From Camelus ferus (lineage: Eukaryota): a stretch of 64,000 nt of DNA. The notes beneath the pieces are model-generated. The model searched no databases. It was not told the origin of the DNA and saw nothing but the letters and a program-made list of their open reading frames with translations. Positions 41,104 to 54,981 of the stretch are shown here, piece by piece. Within the stretch, counting starts at the first letter, position 1. The number at the start of each line of letters is the position of its first letter. Location: the NCBI RefSeq assembly GCF_009834535.1, contig NC_045707.1, positions 54,934,001 through 54,998,000 on the forward strand, given 5' to 3'. The translations under genes were made by a program, and so were the position numbers.

Positions 41104-42389
41104 AAGATATATCTCAAACACAACTTCCTAACAAATACTTTTTGTTGTCAGAATTATAGATCTTACTTCCATAACATTTTTAAGCTGTAAGCTTAAAATA
41201 TGATTAGAAGAAATTAGAAGAGTTTTATTCACAGTTTCATCCTTTGAACTGACCTACTTATTCCATCATTTATTTCCAACTTTAATAAAACATTTCATAA
41301 TTTCCAATTTTTTGAACATTCTAAATATGTATGAAAATAAATAGGTTGTGTTCACTTTTTCATTGCATTTCTCCATCATTATAATGTATACATTCAATTC
41401 CATTGACTCTGTATAAATGTATGTGTCTACAAACGTCTTAGAAAGTCCCTACCTTAATAGAGAATTTTGGCACTAGACTTATATTCTTCTCTACCCAGAA
41501 AATTCTGCAGTGATTCTAGATGAATACACTGTCCATCCATCATCTTATCTTTACTATTGTTTGAAAAAAGCATTGAATTTTAAGATCAGTGTGGTCCTTG
41601 TAGATTATAAATGTTCATCCAGAAATGTGTGACTATGTGAGGAAAGGACTGGAAAGGTATCCCAGTGAGGGCTTGTAGGATATTCTTCACTACATGTTCC
41701 TCTCCTAAAATTCAGAGTTGGGCTTCCAGACTCAGAAATAAAGAAATGATTAATCTCTCAAGAAAAATTCATATTAATGAAATCAACAAGTCTAACAAGG
41801 CTTATATTTATGCGATAATAATGCATCATCTAAAATAATTCCTGAACTGACACAGTTAAGTGAGAAAACCACTATTTTACAAATATTTACTGAGTATTAA
41901 TATTTTGCACAAAATATAGCGCTAGCAGGGTATAGTTAGACAAATCAGCCCTCTAGAGAGTAAATGAAAGAGGGGCTTCTATGAATAACTAACAGAGGAC
42001 AATGAGCAAAGAGCAGTAAAATGCTACTGTCTTTGAACTTGGAGATTTTCAACTTAAAAATTCTTCTTTAATGGTCCATAAATAATTAACACCCCCCATC
42101 TGCTATATGGTCCAGTCTCTAAATACATAATTAACACTGTTTAAAATAGAATATGATGATATTGGAAAGGCTATTATCCTAGCCCATTTATTTTTATATA
42201 TATGCTCCTCATTAATAAGCAATGTGACTGCTCAAATAGACACATTTTCCATTTTCATTGTAGGTCTGCTTTAAGGACTTATCTGATTTTGGTGACATAT
42301 TAGCAAACTAACTTATTCCTGCTTTAACACTATACAATCTTCATTAAGGTGGTTTTATAATGGCTATTTCTTATAAGCTAAGTCACTTA

Positions 42390-42730
42390 TATAGATTATA
42401 ATTAAACTCTGAGTAAAATAAAATTTCAAAACAAATGTTGATTAAACACGGTATGGGTTTATTTCTTTCACACATAAAAGTGGCGTGAGTGAGCCAAGGG
42501 TGGTAGATCAGCTTCAGAAGCATCAGGACCTGTGGTCTTACCACCTTGTTCTTTCTATCATTGTCACTGCCTCGTTTCTGCTACATGGCTCAGTTCCAAA
42601 TTCTAGCCACAAAGGGGAGGGAAAAAAAAAAAAAAGGAGAAAAGCAATACGCAGTGGCTTTAAGGACAGTTACTGGAAGTAGCACACACCACTACCACTA
42701 ATGTCCCATTTAACAGATCTTACTCACCTT
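42390..42730 (-). mobile_element. MaLR LTR fragment (MLT1)
   Basis: gtttatttctttcacacataaaag...caggacctgtggtcttaccaccttgttct...ctggaagtagcacacaccact. Confidence 0.65.
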
Positions 42731-42732
42731 TA

Positions 42733-42840
42733 CAATCAACCCTGGAACGATGCAGGGCTTAGCGGCATTCACCCTCCATGCTGGTCAAAATCAGTCTGAA
42801 TTTAGTGGGCCCTCCATGTCTCGGTTCCTTCCTATCCAAA
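42733..42840 (+). mobile_element. Tigger2/MER8-like end fragment
   Basis: ta|caatcaaccctggaacgatgcagggcttagcggc matches a decayed CAGTTGACCCTTGAACAAC TIR. Confidence 0.6.
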
Positions 42841-43449
42841 GTGATGTCATTTAATCAGGCATGTAATCTTCTGAATATTCTTGAGCATGTAACCTGAATA
42901 TTCTTGCATCCTCTTTCTTTTAACTCTCAACCAAGCTTCTCCTACTCCCCAAAGTCTATACATTGCTGTCACATTCCTTGAATTCAATCTTGATAATGCC
43001 TTTCTTATTTAGTTATGTCTTTATGATCTAATATTGTTGGCAATTTGGGGTTGCCATGTGCAAAGGGAGGATTCCAAAGGCTTTCTGCTTTTTGCCCAGT
43101 TACTCTTCTTGAAATACTAATCTCATCCAATTGCTTGGTTTCAGTTATCACTTATACAAGGAGAACATACTAAACTTGATTTCCATTTTTCATTGGTCTC
43201 TGTATTCAGCTCCTGATGTGTATCGCTAACTATATGTATCTGGTAACTGAAACTTTTTTCTGGAAAGCTGTATTTATTATTTCCCCAAATAACCTCTTGT
43301 TTCTGAATTCCCCTTTCCTGTTTATATTATTGTCCTAGTCTCTCAAATCTTTTTTGTCCTTGCTTGTCTTTCACTCTTACAACAAATATAAAAACTATCA
43401 AGTTTAAATTTATATTATCTCTCTACAGTTACCAATTATTATTTAATTA

Positions 43450-44720
43450 TTAAGAAATATTTTGAGTGTTCATCAAATATTAGAGAATAATGTAACAAAC
43501 ATTCATTTTTCTTCTCTTATGGCTGGTCAGATCTTAATATTTTGCCCTATATGATTTAGATTCATTCTTATATTTTAAATAAATTATAACTTTTAAAGTA
43601 TGAGGACCTCTAATTATATTTTCCTAATCTCATGTTCATTTTTCTATTTCAGAAATACCTACTTTTCTAAATTTGATGTTTATTATTTTTATCACTTATT
43701 TTATTGTCCATTAAAATAAATAACACTGGTTTACTTTGTTAAGTTTTATATAAACGATGTGATTTTGTATGTACCTTCCAGCATTTTTTCACACATTATG
43801 CTTTTGAGACTTATCCACATTCATATCTATATTTCTAGTTAACTAATTTTGATATTTAGTTATATGAATATAACATCATTTATCAATTTGCATTTTAGAA
43901 GACACATTAATTTTAAATGTTTAATATTATAACAAAGGCAATGAATATTCTTTAAAATGTCACATTGTAAAATGTATGAATTGCATATCATTTTACCAGT
44001 AATAGAATTACTAGTTTATAAAATGTGTTCATTTTTAATTTAGCTTTTGCTAAATAGCTTTTGAAAATGGTTGAATCAATGTTTACTCGTATGAGTAATC
44101 AATAAAACTTCCATTCCTTCTCATTCTTGCTAACATTTGTTATTAAAATTGTTTTAATTTTTGCCAGTCTAAGGAAGTGAATGACATTTGTATTTTTCTG
44201 ATTACTAGTGAGATTAGGACATATTTAGTGTCATTCTATTTCTTCCTTCAAATTGCTATTCCCATTTTTACCTACTTTACTATTCAAGTCATACTTTTCA
44301 GTTTATGTTGTTTCTTATGGCTTTTAAGAAACCCCTTATATATTCATAAAAACAATGTTAATTGTAGTGAGGATTTATGTTATGCTCATGTATCATATAC
44401 TTTTTAAAAATGCTTTATATTTATTAGCAAACTTTATGGACACAAAATCCTGTTTTGGTTATACATAATAAAATATTTTCTTATCTGTGGACTTTTATAC
44501 AGAATATTTTCCTTTTGGAATATTTAAATTTTTTAGCCCATTTATTTTATGATTTTCCTTTGATCTTTCTAGGGAATCTTACTACAAGGGCATAAAGATA
44601 TTTCCATATATATCCTTTAAAATAGCTTTTTTTTTTTTTTTCAAATTTTCACATTTAGGTATCTATACCTCTGGAATTTACCTTTAGTGACATTGGAATC
44701 GACTTACTGTTTTATATAGA
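43450..44720 (-). mobile_element. Old L1ME-type 3' region
   Basis: ttttgagacttatccacatt...tttgccagtct...ttctgattactagtgag. Confidence 0.65.
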
Positions 44721-44804
44721 AACTATAAAAAGTTTCTGAAATGGCTATTCCAACACAGTTAATGTCAAAGTAATGTTACATCAGCTCACAAATAGATACT
44801 TTTA

Positions 44805-45015
44805 AGCACACTGTTCAAAATGGCAGCCACTAACCACAGATGGCTTTTAAAATTTAAAGTAATTAAAATGAAATGCAATTAAAATTTAGTCTCTCAGTCA
44901 CATTAATCACATTATAAGTGCTCAGTAACCGTACGTTGCTAATGACTAGTCTATTGGACAGGGCAGACATGGAACATTACCATTATCACAGAAACTTCTA
45001 TTGGCAAGTGTTATT
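44805..45015. mobile_element. hAT-Charlie MER3-like element
   Basis: ctgttcaaaatggcagccactaaccacagatggct...ctcagtcacatt...gtgctcagtaacc...ttggacagggcag...catcacagaaacttctattgg. Confidence 0.8.
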
Positions 45016-46849
45016 ATAGAGGACAATGGTAAATAAAATGTGGGATTAGATTTCAAGTATTTCCTGGGAAGTATTGTTATTATTCATTTGGTGAAAAAAT
45101 ATTAAGGATTTCCCCTTAGTATATAATACAACACTGACGGAGATAATATAAAATTTTAAGAAATACATGACACAAATAAATGTGGAATACCTATTTAAGC
45201 AATTTTATGCATGTTTTTTTTAATTTGTTTAAATCATCTAAAGGAATAACAGAAAGTGACATAATAGACATAGATTTTTAAACATTCTCACTATTCATGT
45301 ATATTAAATTACTAAATTTAATTTAATAAATTTAATTACTTACTCTTGAATTAACAACCTAAATAAAGTTAAACTTTGATATTAAACACTTTAAAAATTC
45401 CATGGGATATACTGGAAATATGTGACAAAATAATTATAAAGTCTATCTGGGGAAAAAGTAAAATAAATATGAGTACACACATACAAAAATATGTGTAAAG
45501 GTAAATTATCCTCTTAGGTATTTAAGCTTTCTAATAAACAACATTAGTTTAAAATATGGTATTGGCCAATAATTGATGTATCAAATACATTGAAAGGCTC
45601 TACAAAAGACCTTAACTGTGTATATATAGGGGAAGAAAACGAAAAACCCAGAAACTTAAATATATAGGGGAAACAAACTCAACTTATTAGGATTACACAA
45701 AAATAACCCTAAATATACCTGTAGCAGAGGCTAGCATTCTACCAATTAATCTGTGAGCCAAGCAATTAATCAGAGACCTTGAAAAAACTTTACTGGGGAG
45801 CTAAACATAGATGCTGGTACTTATGCTTAGAAAAACACATTCCAGAGGTTTAAAAAAGGCTGCTAAATCTACCTTGTATTACTGTCTGTCAGGGAAAGCA
45901 CAGAAGGATAAGGATGATGGAGACCAGACTCAAAACCACAAGGAATGGGAATTTTTGCTAAGTTAGTAGTCATATTCTATTAATGTGGACTGTGAGTTTG
46001 TAGATAAAATATTGGTTGAAAATATATTCATGTAAATGAAATATGCATGCATTATTATAAAAAGTGTATTGATACTATATATGTATATTTTTACTACTGG
46101 AGTAAAAGTTAGAATTAGATCCTAAGTTTCTAAGCATGTCAGGGATTTACACAATGTTTGCTACATAATTGTTCATATGCAAAATTGAGAACAGCTTTGT
46201 TTTAATTTCATTATACCAGAAAACCAATAGAATGAGCACCCTGATCACAGATTCTTAAGTAAACTTGAAAATAAAAGGGGGTTGGGCAATAAAACAAACA
46301 AGCAGTAGTCATAATTAAATCCAGTAAAATTAATAGAAATCAGTTTGTCTTAAAAATAAATACTGTTAAGACTAATTAAAATAAATAAATAAATATTCAA
46401 ATTAGGAATGAGAGAGGCAGTTTTAACCATGTATAAGTTGTTGGTTAAAGTAAAATATCAAATACCAGTAAGCACATACATTAAGATGTGAGATTTCTGA
46501 AAATCTAAAAATTATGAACATGAAAAAATATATAGAAAAGTTAAGTAGACCTAATACTAAGAAAAATAATTCATCACTTGTCATACGTTTGTTAAAGGAT
46601 GCACAGACTGAGATTTCATGGCAGAAGTTTTCAAATTTACTTGAAAAATAAATCTCATGTGACATGTAGTTTCAGATAATAAAATATAAAAGCCTTTCAT
46701 CAATATTTTATTAACACAGAAGCAAATCAAAAAAATTCAGATTACTTTGTTGGCACATGTTAAATTCTTAAACAATCTCTCTGTTTCTCTGTATATGTAT
46801 AAATATACATACCTTAAGATAAATATATATTATATTTGCAGATTTAAGC

Positions 46850-48560
46850 ACTATTTTTCACAAATGGATAAACCAAATAGAAAAATTTTAAGTATATAGA
46901 AGACTATCAATCAACTTGTCCTGACTGACATATGTAATACTTGTCCCTTACAACATCTACAGAGCACATATTCTTTTCAAATGTGCATGGAACATTCATT
47001 AAGATGAGTGTATACTCAACTATGAAGTATGTCTCAAGAAATTGAAAATGATTGAAATCATGCAAAGTATGTTATCTGATCACAACAGAAATGTACTAGA
47101 AATTTATTCCCAAATACCTAGAAAATCTGCAAATATTTAAAATTAACTGTGACACTTGTAATAATCTATTGAGGATAAAAATGACAGTCAGTCAAAAATA
47201 TTTAGAAGTGAATAATAAAAGAGTATATAAAATTTTGTGGGATGAAGCTATAGCAGTACTTAGAATTTTGCAGTTTTTTATGTTTATTTTAAAACATGTT
47301 TAAAATCTGTGATCTATGTTTATAACTTAAGAAATTATTTTTAAAAGGAATTATTAATAACACAAAGTAAGTAGAAGGAAGAGTGAAAACATATGAAATA
47401 GGAAACAAACCATAGAGTAAATCAATGAAATAAAAACATCTCTGTCCTGAGAGAAAATATAAGTTACTAATATTGTGAATGAAACAGAGGACATTACTAC
47501 AGATTTTTTATTTAGAAAGATTATAAGAAATATTTTAAAGCCAGTTATGGCAATAAATTTAATAACTTTAGAATATCTAAATTTCTGTATTTATTAAATA
47601 AATTAAATATGGTAATAGATCCTTTTCTACAAAGAAAATTCTAGGCTAATATTGTATAATGTTGAACTCAAATATTTGATGAAGAAGTAATACAACTCAA
47701 AACTAAGAAGACAACTCAATAAAAACTGAGCAAAATATTTTAACAGACATTTCTGTTATATGTTCCAAAAAACATATATGGATATCAAAAAGCACATGAG
47801 GCCTCTCGCTCCCTCATCTTCAGAGTTGGCCCGCATTCTGTCTATGGAGTATGTATCTAATTTTACTTTAACCTGAGCACCCAACCCCCAAACCTCGTGG
47901 CCTGTCTCAAACCTTCTGAAACAGTCTACATTCTATGTAGTATATAGCTCTCTAAATAAATCTATCTTTACTCAAAAAAAAAAAAAAAAAGCACACGAAA
48001 AGTATTTACGCTATTAATCACTAGGGATATGCACAGTAAAATTAGGTACCACTACACACTCAGTAGAATGTCTAAAATTTAAAAATTTATAATACCAAGC
48101 ATTGGTGAGGATTGCAATTACTGAAGTCTACTACAGAGACATGGGGTGTGAAATGATGCAACTACTTTAGAAAATAGTTTAGCAATCTATATAGTATTAG
48201 ACTCTTACCTACCATATGACCCAGTAGTTCCCTATTAGGTATTAAACCAGCAAAAATTAAAACACAGTTCCACAAATAACTTATATGAATATCCATAATA
48301 GCTTTATTTCTGGCTGTCACAAACTTGACACATTCAAATAAATTGTGATATATTCATACAATGGTAAATCAGCAACATAAAGGACAGATTGAAGATGTAC
48401 ACATTAACATAGGTGATTCTCAACAAAATTATGCTAAATGACAAAATCCAGGCACAGAAAAAGTACATATGTTGGCTTCTATTGATAGGACATTTTAGAA
48501 TAGGAAAAACTAATCTGCAGTTATGTCATATTGATTTCTGCCTGGGGTGGCAGGTGATGA
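46850..48560 (+). mobile_element. Old L1M ORF2 and 3' fragments
   Basis: agagcacatattcttttcaaatgtgcatggaacattc (EN region); taccaagcattggtgaggat...ctaccatatgacccagtagttcc (C-terminal region). Confidence 0.8.
47800..47990 (+). mobile_element. Polyadenylated retrocopy of an ERV1 LTR R region
   Basis: Homologous to 8207-8386; AATAAA 47955-47960; A17 at 47974-47990; TSD aaaaagcacatga / aaaaagcacacga. Confidence 0.85.
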
Positions 48561-49630
48561 CAGATTGAAATCACAGTGGAGTAATCACACTTCAGGCATA
48601 CAAAATGTGAGTCAGGTGGCCTTTGAGGATCTGGTCTTGCACATTAATAACAGTGATGTCACAATAAGAACTGACAGAAGATATAAATAAATGTTTCACA
48701 CAAAAATTATTTGAGAAATTAATTCTAAAAATATGACTGTCTCTTTGCATTACAGTAAATGTCAGTAAAATGTAAGATAGATTTTTACCCATGCAAAAGA
48801 AGAATACTAAATATACAATAAATATTTTCTAGTATATTTGGAAATAGACATTCTTAAAACTTATAGATATGTAAATTGGTAAAATTTTTGAAAATTCTTA
48901 TTCAAAGGTCAGGTCACTCAAAAGTGTTCAAATCTTTTTCTAGTAATTAATCTTCTGAAAAGTTTGCAAAGGTAGCAATCAGAATTGCAGTAAAAATTTA
49001 AGTATAAATATGCTAATCATAATTATTTATATACTGCCTCAAATACAATATTAAATATTAAAAAGTAGTGACTTACACATACATAATTTATATAACCACT
49101 ATCATATGTGTACACATTTTATGATTGCATCTTAATATGTATAAATCATAATGAAAACATTATGAACATTTCTAAATAGTTTTTTAAATTCTATACTACA
49201 TCCCTAATTAAAGAAAACATTGCAAAAATTGTAATGACAGTAGAGAATATAAAATAGTACAAATGTATTATTAAACACATAATTAATGTGATTTGGTTTC
49301 TGAATAATCCCTGATAATTCCTAGCATTGTTTAATTTGATTTACTGGAATTTTACATCAGTTTCCTCACAGATTAAAGCTGTAATCTTTTAAACTTTTCA
49401 CCTCCAAAAGTAAATCAATTTATTTTTTCCACATTGACAGCTATTTGTAAGAGATGAAGTTTGCATGTAATCTATTAATTTAAAAAGACAAGATGTTTTA
49501 GCATTTCTATACTTATTAAAATGCTGTTTTATTACACAGTAACCATTAAAAAGTACATCTACAGCCAAAACTTATCTCTGACAAAATCTTATACGTGCTG
49601 ATTTTCTGTCTCTCTCTACTTTGATTTTTT

Positions 49631-50460
49631 AAAAATTTTGTATATGCGTAATTTATTGACGTATAGTCAGTTTACTATGTTTCAGTTTCTGGTGTACAGC
49701 ATAATGCTTCAGTCATATATTAACATATAAATATTCATTTTCATATTATTTTTCACCATAAGTTACTGTTAAATATTGAATATAGTTCCTTGTGCTATAC
49801 GGTATAAACTTGTTGTTTATCTATTTTATATATACTAGTTAGAGTCTGCAAATCTCAAACTCCCAATTTATCTTTTCCCATCTCTTTCCCCTCCGGTAAC
49901 CATAAGTTTGTTTTCTATGTCTGTGAGTCTGTTTCTGCTTTGTAAATAAGTTCATTTGTCTTTTTTTTTTTTTTAAGATTCCACATATGAGTGATATCAT
50001 ATGGTATTTTTCTTTCTCTTTCTAGCTTACTTCACTGGCTTACTTAGAAGACAACCTTTAGGTCCGTCGATGTTGCTGCAAATGGCATTATTTTATTCTT
50101 TTTTTATGGCTGAATAGTATTTCACTTGTATAAGTATACCACAGCTTTTTTATTCTGTCATCTGTCCATGGATATTTAGGTTGTTTCCATGTCTTGGCTA
50201 TTGTAAATAGTGCTGTTTTGAACATTGGGATGCATGTATCTTTGTGAATTAAAGCTCCCTCTGGATATATGCTCAGGAGTGCCTAAGGCAGTCTACCCAG
50301 GCAATAGAAACAAAAGCTAAGATAAACAAACGGTACCTAATTAAACTTAAATTAAACTTTTGAAAGCAAAGGAAACCATAAGCAAAACAAAAAGACAACC
50401 TATGGAATGGGAGAAAATATTTGCAAAAGATAAAACTGACAAGGTTTAATTTCCAGAGTA
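49631..50460 (-). mobile_element. Young L1 (camelid-like), 5'-truncated with 5' inversion
   Basis: Antisense 3' end 49631-50280, sense ORF2 piece 50281-50460, perfect TSD tactttgatttttt at 49617-49630 and 50461-50474. Confidence 0.92.
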
Positions 50461-50672
50461 TACTTTGATTTTTTTAATTCAACACCATGAAAAAAAATGA
50501 ATGAAAAGTTTTTGTCTTAGGTGTGAAATCAAGGAACAAATTTGCTATTCCATTTTTTTTAAATCCCCAATATGAAAGATGTGCTCATGGCCATTACAAA
50601 CCACCACTGTCATCATTGAACCTTCTTTGGACACATTTGTGAGTTGATGCAGTTTTAACAAATGCTGCTAGC

Positions 50673-50698
50673 TAAATAAATAAATAAATAAATAAATA
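50673..50698. repeat. (TAAA)n microsatellite
   Basis: Directly visible. Confidence 0.95.
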
Positions 50699-53600
50699 GA
50701 TGTAAATGTTACATTTTTAGGTAGAGTTACAGTTTCAAAGCTATTTTTAAGTAGGAGTATTGCTTTTTACTAGAGACCAAAAAACCTGCCAAGCATGTCT
50801 CATAATAAATTTTTTTTTAAATGTAGGTTCAGTCACTGATTGATATGCTTTGAAAGACTGTTCACTTAGGAGAACTCTCCATTTGAGATGATAGAGCATA
50901 AAATTGGAAAGAAGAGGAAATAAACTTACTTAAATCATTTATAAAAGATTTGCAGAAGCAGTAATAATTTTACCTTTAAAAAATTAGCAGTGAATTAAAT
51001 TAGTGCTGGTGAAACAAAGGGACAGAAGCCAAATACGTGTTGGCTAGTGTTTTGTGGACTGCCCCCACATCTCTTGCAACAATTTTTACTGCTGACCTTG
51101 AAACACCTGTTTGTTAGAAAGAACTGTCATTCAAACTGAGTTATGTAAAAATTGCTCTGTGCTTTGAAAATGAGAAATACAATGAAATCTTTAACTCTCT
51201 TTTCTTCTGTAGTCTGAGCAATTAAACAAAAGTGGGGATTAACCTAATCAGTTCATTAGACCTCTTCTCAATTACCAAGTCTAATGTTTATAGACAAAGC
51301 ATTATTTTAAAATGTAAAACAAAACTAAAAAACTTCCTAAGTGGGGATTAAGAATTATACAATATTTATTTAAATTGAAGCAAAAAAATCAAACTGTTAT
51401 TTTAATTTAGATGTATTAAATTGAAAATAATTTAAATTTAAGAAATATTGAAGTGCTGATATTAATACCAATATTACTCTTTTGATATTTTTCTGCTACA
51501 ATTTATGTAAAGAAATAAATGACATCAAATATTGTCCTACCCCACCATTAAGAAAGTGAAAAAAGACTTGCATGTAAATCTAGCCTCAGGTGATTAACTG
51601 CATTTTTGCAGTGACATTTTCATCACCTCATAGAAAGGGTTTATTTATCATGATGACCTATGACTATTGATGCTGACATTGATCACCTGGCTGAGGTAGT
51701 ATTTGTCAGGTTCTCCACTCTGAAAGCTTTCTTATCCCTCCCTTTTTCATATTGTTCTCTTTGAAAGGAAGTCACTATGTATAGCTTACACTTAAGGAGT
51801 GTGTAGTTCCAAGGGTGGAGAAATTACATCCATTATTTGGAATTCTGTATGCAGATTTGTCTCTCCTCCCCTATTCAGTAGTTTGTTTAGTCATATTGTC
51901 ATAGTCGGTATGGACTGGTGGATATTTACTTTATAGTTTGGATTAAAATCCGGTATTTATTTATTTCGTGGTTGAAATTGTCCCAGCTTTTGCTATTAGG
52001 AGTTCTGTCAGCTGCCTCCAGTATCCCTTTGATGTATCCCATCCATGTAGATTTGTTTATCTGCTTTTATTATATTTTGACCTCTTTTTTACTTTCAGGA
52101 TCTACAAGATGCACCAGGTTCATCTTGAATAGTTCAGCCATTTATCTAAGGAGATATGGCTTCCTTTTATTGGAAAAGGATATTAGAGAAAAAAAAAAAG
52201 CCTGGATGCTAGTGTGTTGTAGCTAAAGGGATGTTATTTCTTTTAGGTCCTCTCATCTGACTGAGTAAATAAATGTATGTGTGTATATTAACATAGTGTA
52301 TACATACCTGTATACCTGTAACTATTTCTATAAGTAGCCATCTGTATCTATACTAAGTTAAAATTGCATTCTTACTGATGGCTCCAACTCTAATCCATTA
52401 TCACATAGGTCAGTTTAGTCTCTTCCCTTTGCCTATTTGTAAACTCCCACTTCAATAGTGGGAATCTTGGCTTCACCATTAACCATCCATTTACATAGTT
52501 GTTCCATTTCAGTATACACATATAGCAGTATCAGAATTGTTAACCCATACCTTGATGGGAAGTACTACCAATGAGAGTACAACTCTTATGTGCAGTGTTT
52601 TTGCTTTTAGGCATAGACTCATTTCCAACATTGTTTAGTTCAACGTGTTTCCCCCTCCACTTCTTTCAGTGAAGTTGTTTCACACATTTGTAATACAGAT
52701 AAATTATTTTGTCAGTCTGCATTCCCTCTTGTGATCCCCTGACCCCAAATTATAAAAAAAATATTACATAGTTTAAACTTCACTCTGTGCTGTAACGTTT
52801 TTGGGTTTTAACAAACATACAATGTCATGTAACCGTCATTACTATATCATAAAAAATTGTTTTATCACACTAGAAATATATTGTGCTTCACCTATATAAG
52901 CCTTTGCCTCCCCCACACCCAGTGGAAACCACTGATATTTTTACTGTGTCTATAGTTTTGCCGTTCCAGAATGCCATATTGTTAGGATCACATAGCATGA
53001 AGTCTTTTCAGATCGGCTTCTTTCACCTAACAATATGAATTTAAGTTTCCTCCATTCATGGCTTTACAGCTCATTTCTTTTCATCACTGGGTAATATTCC
53101 ATTGCATGGATGTGCCAGTTTCTTTATCCATTCACTCATTGGAGGGCATCTTGGTTGCTTCCAGTTTTTAAGAATTATGCATAAGGCTGCTATAAACATT
53201 CATGTGCAGATTTTTGTGTGAATCAAATCACTTGGATAAATACCAAGGGACAGGAATGTTAGATTACATGGTAAAGTAATGTTTAGCTTTGTGAAAATCT
53301 GCCAAACTGTCTTCCAACATGGATGTACTATTTTGCATCCCCACCTGCAATTAATGAGAGTTCCTATTGCTCTGCAATTTTGCTAGCATCTGGTATTGTC
53401 ATTTAAAAAATTATCTTAATAAGAATATAGTGGTATCTCATTGTTGATTGGATTTTCAATTTTCTAATGACAAATAATGTTGAAAATTTTTTTGTATGCT
53501 TATTTGGGATCTATATATTTTGTTCTATGAATCTTTGATTGTATCTTTTGTCCATTTTCCATAGGGTAGTTTGTTTTCTTATTGTTGAGCATTAACAATT

Positions 53601-54289
53601 CTTTGCATATTTTAAATATAGATCCTTTACCAGTTACAGATTTTGCAAAATCTCTCATTCTGTGGCTTGTCTTCTCATTCTCTTAACAATACCCTTCACA
53701 AAGTAGGTGCTTTTAATTTTAATAGAGTGTAATGTCAAAATTTTTCTTCATCAGTCATGCTCTTGTTATTATATTTATAATGTCTTCATCAAATCCACAA
53801 TCACATAGATATTCTTTCATGTTTTCTTTTAAAATTTTTATAACTTTGTCTTTTACACTTAGAATTCATTTTGAATTAATTTTTTTAAAAAGTGGGAATT
53901 CTTTGTCTATGTATATTTTTTTGCATATGGATATCTAATTATTCCAGCACTATTTGTTTAGACTTCCTTATTCTTTGAATTGCCTTTATTCTTTGTCAAA
54001 GATAAGCTGAGTATATTTGTGGAGGTGTATTTATACGGCTCTCTAATCTGTTCCGTTGATCTATGTGCTGTGTCTTTTGCTGATACCATCCTGTTTTGAT
54101 TACTGTAGATTAATGGTAAGACTTGAAGTCAGGTAGTTCTTGAACTTTGTTTTTGTTCTTCAATATTATGCAATGTATTTTAGGACTTTCACTTTTCCAT
54201 GTAAACTTTAGATTCAATTTGTCAATGTCCACAAAATTGCTTAACAAGATTCTGTTTGGAGTTGCACTGAATGTAAAGATCAAGATGAG

Positions 54290-54480
54290 AATATGTGCTA
54301 TCACTCATATGTGGAATCTTAAAAAAAAAAGAAAAGAAAGAAAAGAAAAGACACTAATGAACTTATTCATAAAATAGAAACAGACTCACAGACATAGTAA
54401 ACAAACTTATGGTTACCAGTGGGAAAGAGGGTGTGAAAGGACAAATTGGGAGTTCAAGATGTGCAAATACTAACTCATAT
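54290..54480 (+). mobile_element. Young L1 3'UTR fragment lacking its tail
   Basis: atcactcatatgtggaatct...gaaacagactcacagacatagtaaacaaacttatggttacc. Confidence 0.85.
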
Positions 54481-54530
54481 TAGCTTGGTAGAATTTTATT
54501 AATTTTATTGTCATTTTCAAATAGCTGGCT

Positions 54531-54594
54531 CTTTTTATTGAAGTATAATCGATTTACAATGTGTTAATTTCTGGTCTACAGCATAATGATTCAC

Positions 54595-54627
<33 letters not shown>

Positions 54628-54727
54628 TATATCTCTCTCTATATATATATAGAGATATATAGATATACTTTTTCATAATAGGCTATTACAAGGTATTGAA
54701 TATAGTTCCCTGAGTGATACAGTATCA
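54531..54727 (-). mobile_element. Short L1 3' end with internal (TA)n/(CA)n
   Basis: ttttattgaagtataatcgatttacaatgtgttaatttctggt...ttgaatatagttccctg. Confidence 0.85.
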
Positions 54728-54810
54728 AGTAACTAGCTTTGATTTCATTGATTTTCTCTATTGTTTTCAATTTTAATGATTCCTATTCTAATTATTTTTC
54801 TTTTGTTCAT

Positions 54811-54981
54811 TCCTCCTCCTCCTCTTCTTCCTCCTCCTCCTCCTCTTCTTCTTCTTTTCCTTCCTCTTCTTCTCCTTCCTCTTCTTCTTCCTCTCCTTCT
54901 TCTCCTCCTTCTTCTTCCTCTTCTTCCCCTTCTTCTTCCTCTTCTCTTTCTCCTCCTTTTTCTTCTTCTTTTTTTTTTTTT
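54811..54981. repeat. (TCC)n/(TCT)n polypyrimidine low-complexity repeat
   Basis: Directly visible; source of the poly-Ser and Leu/Pro ORFs. Confidence 0.95.
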
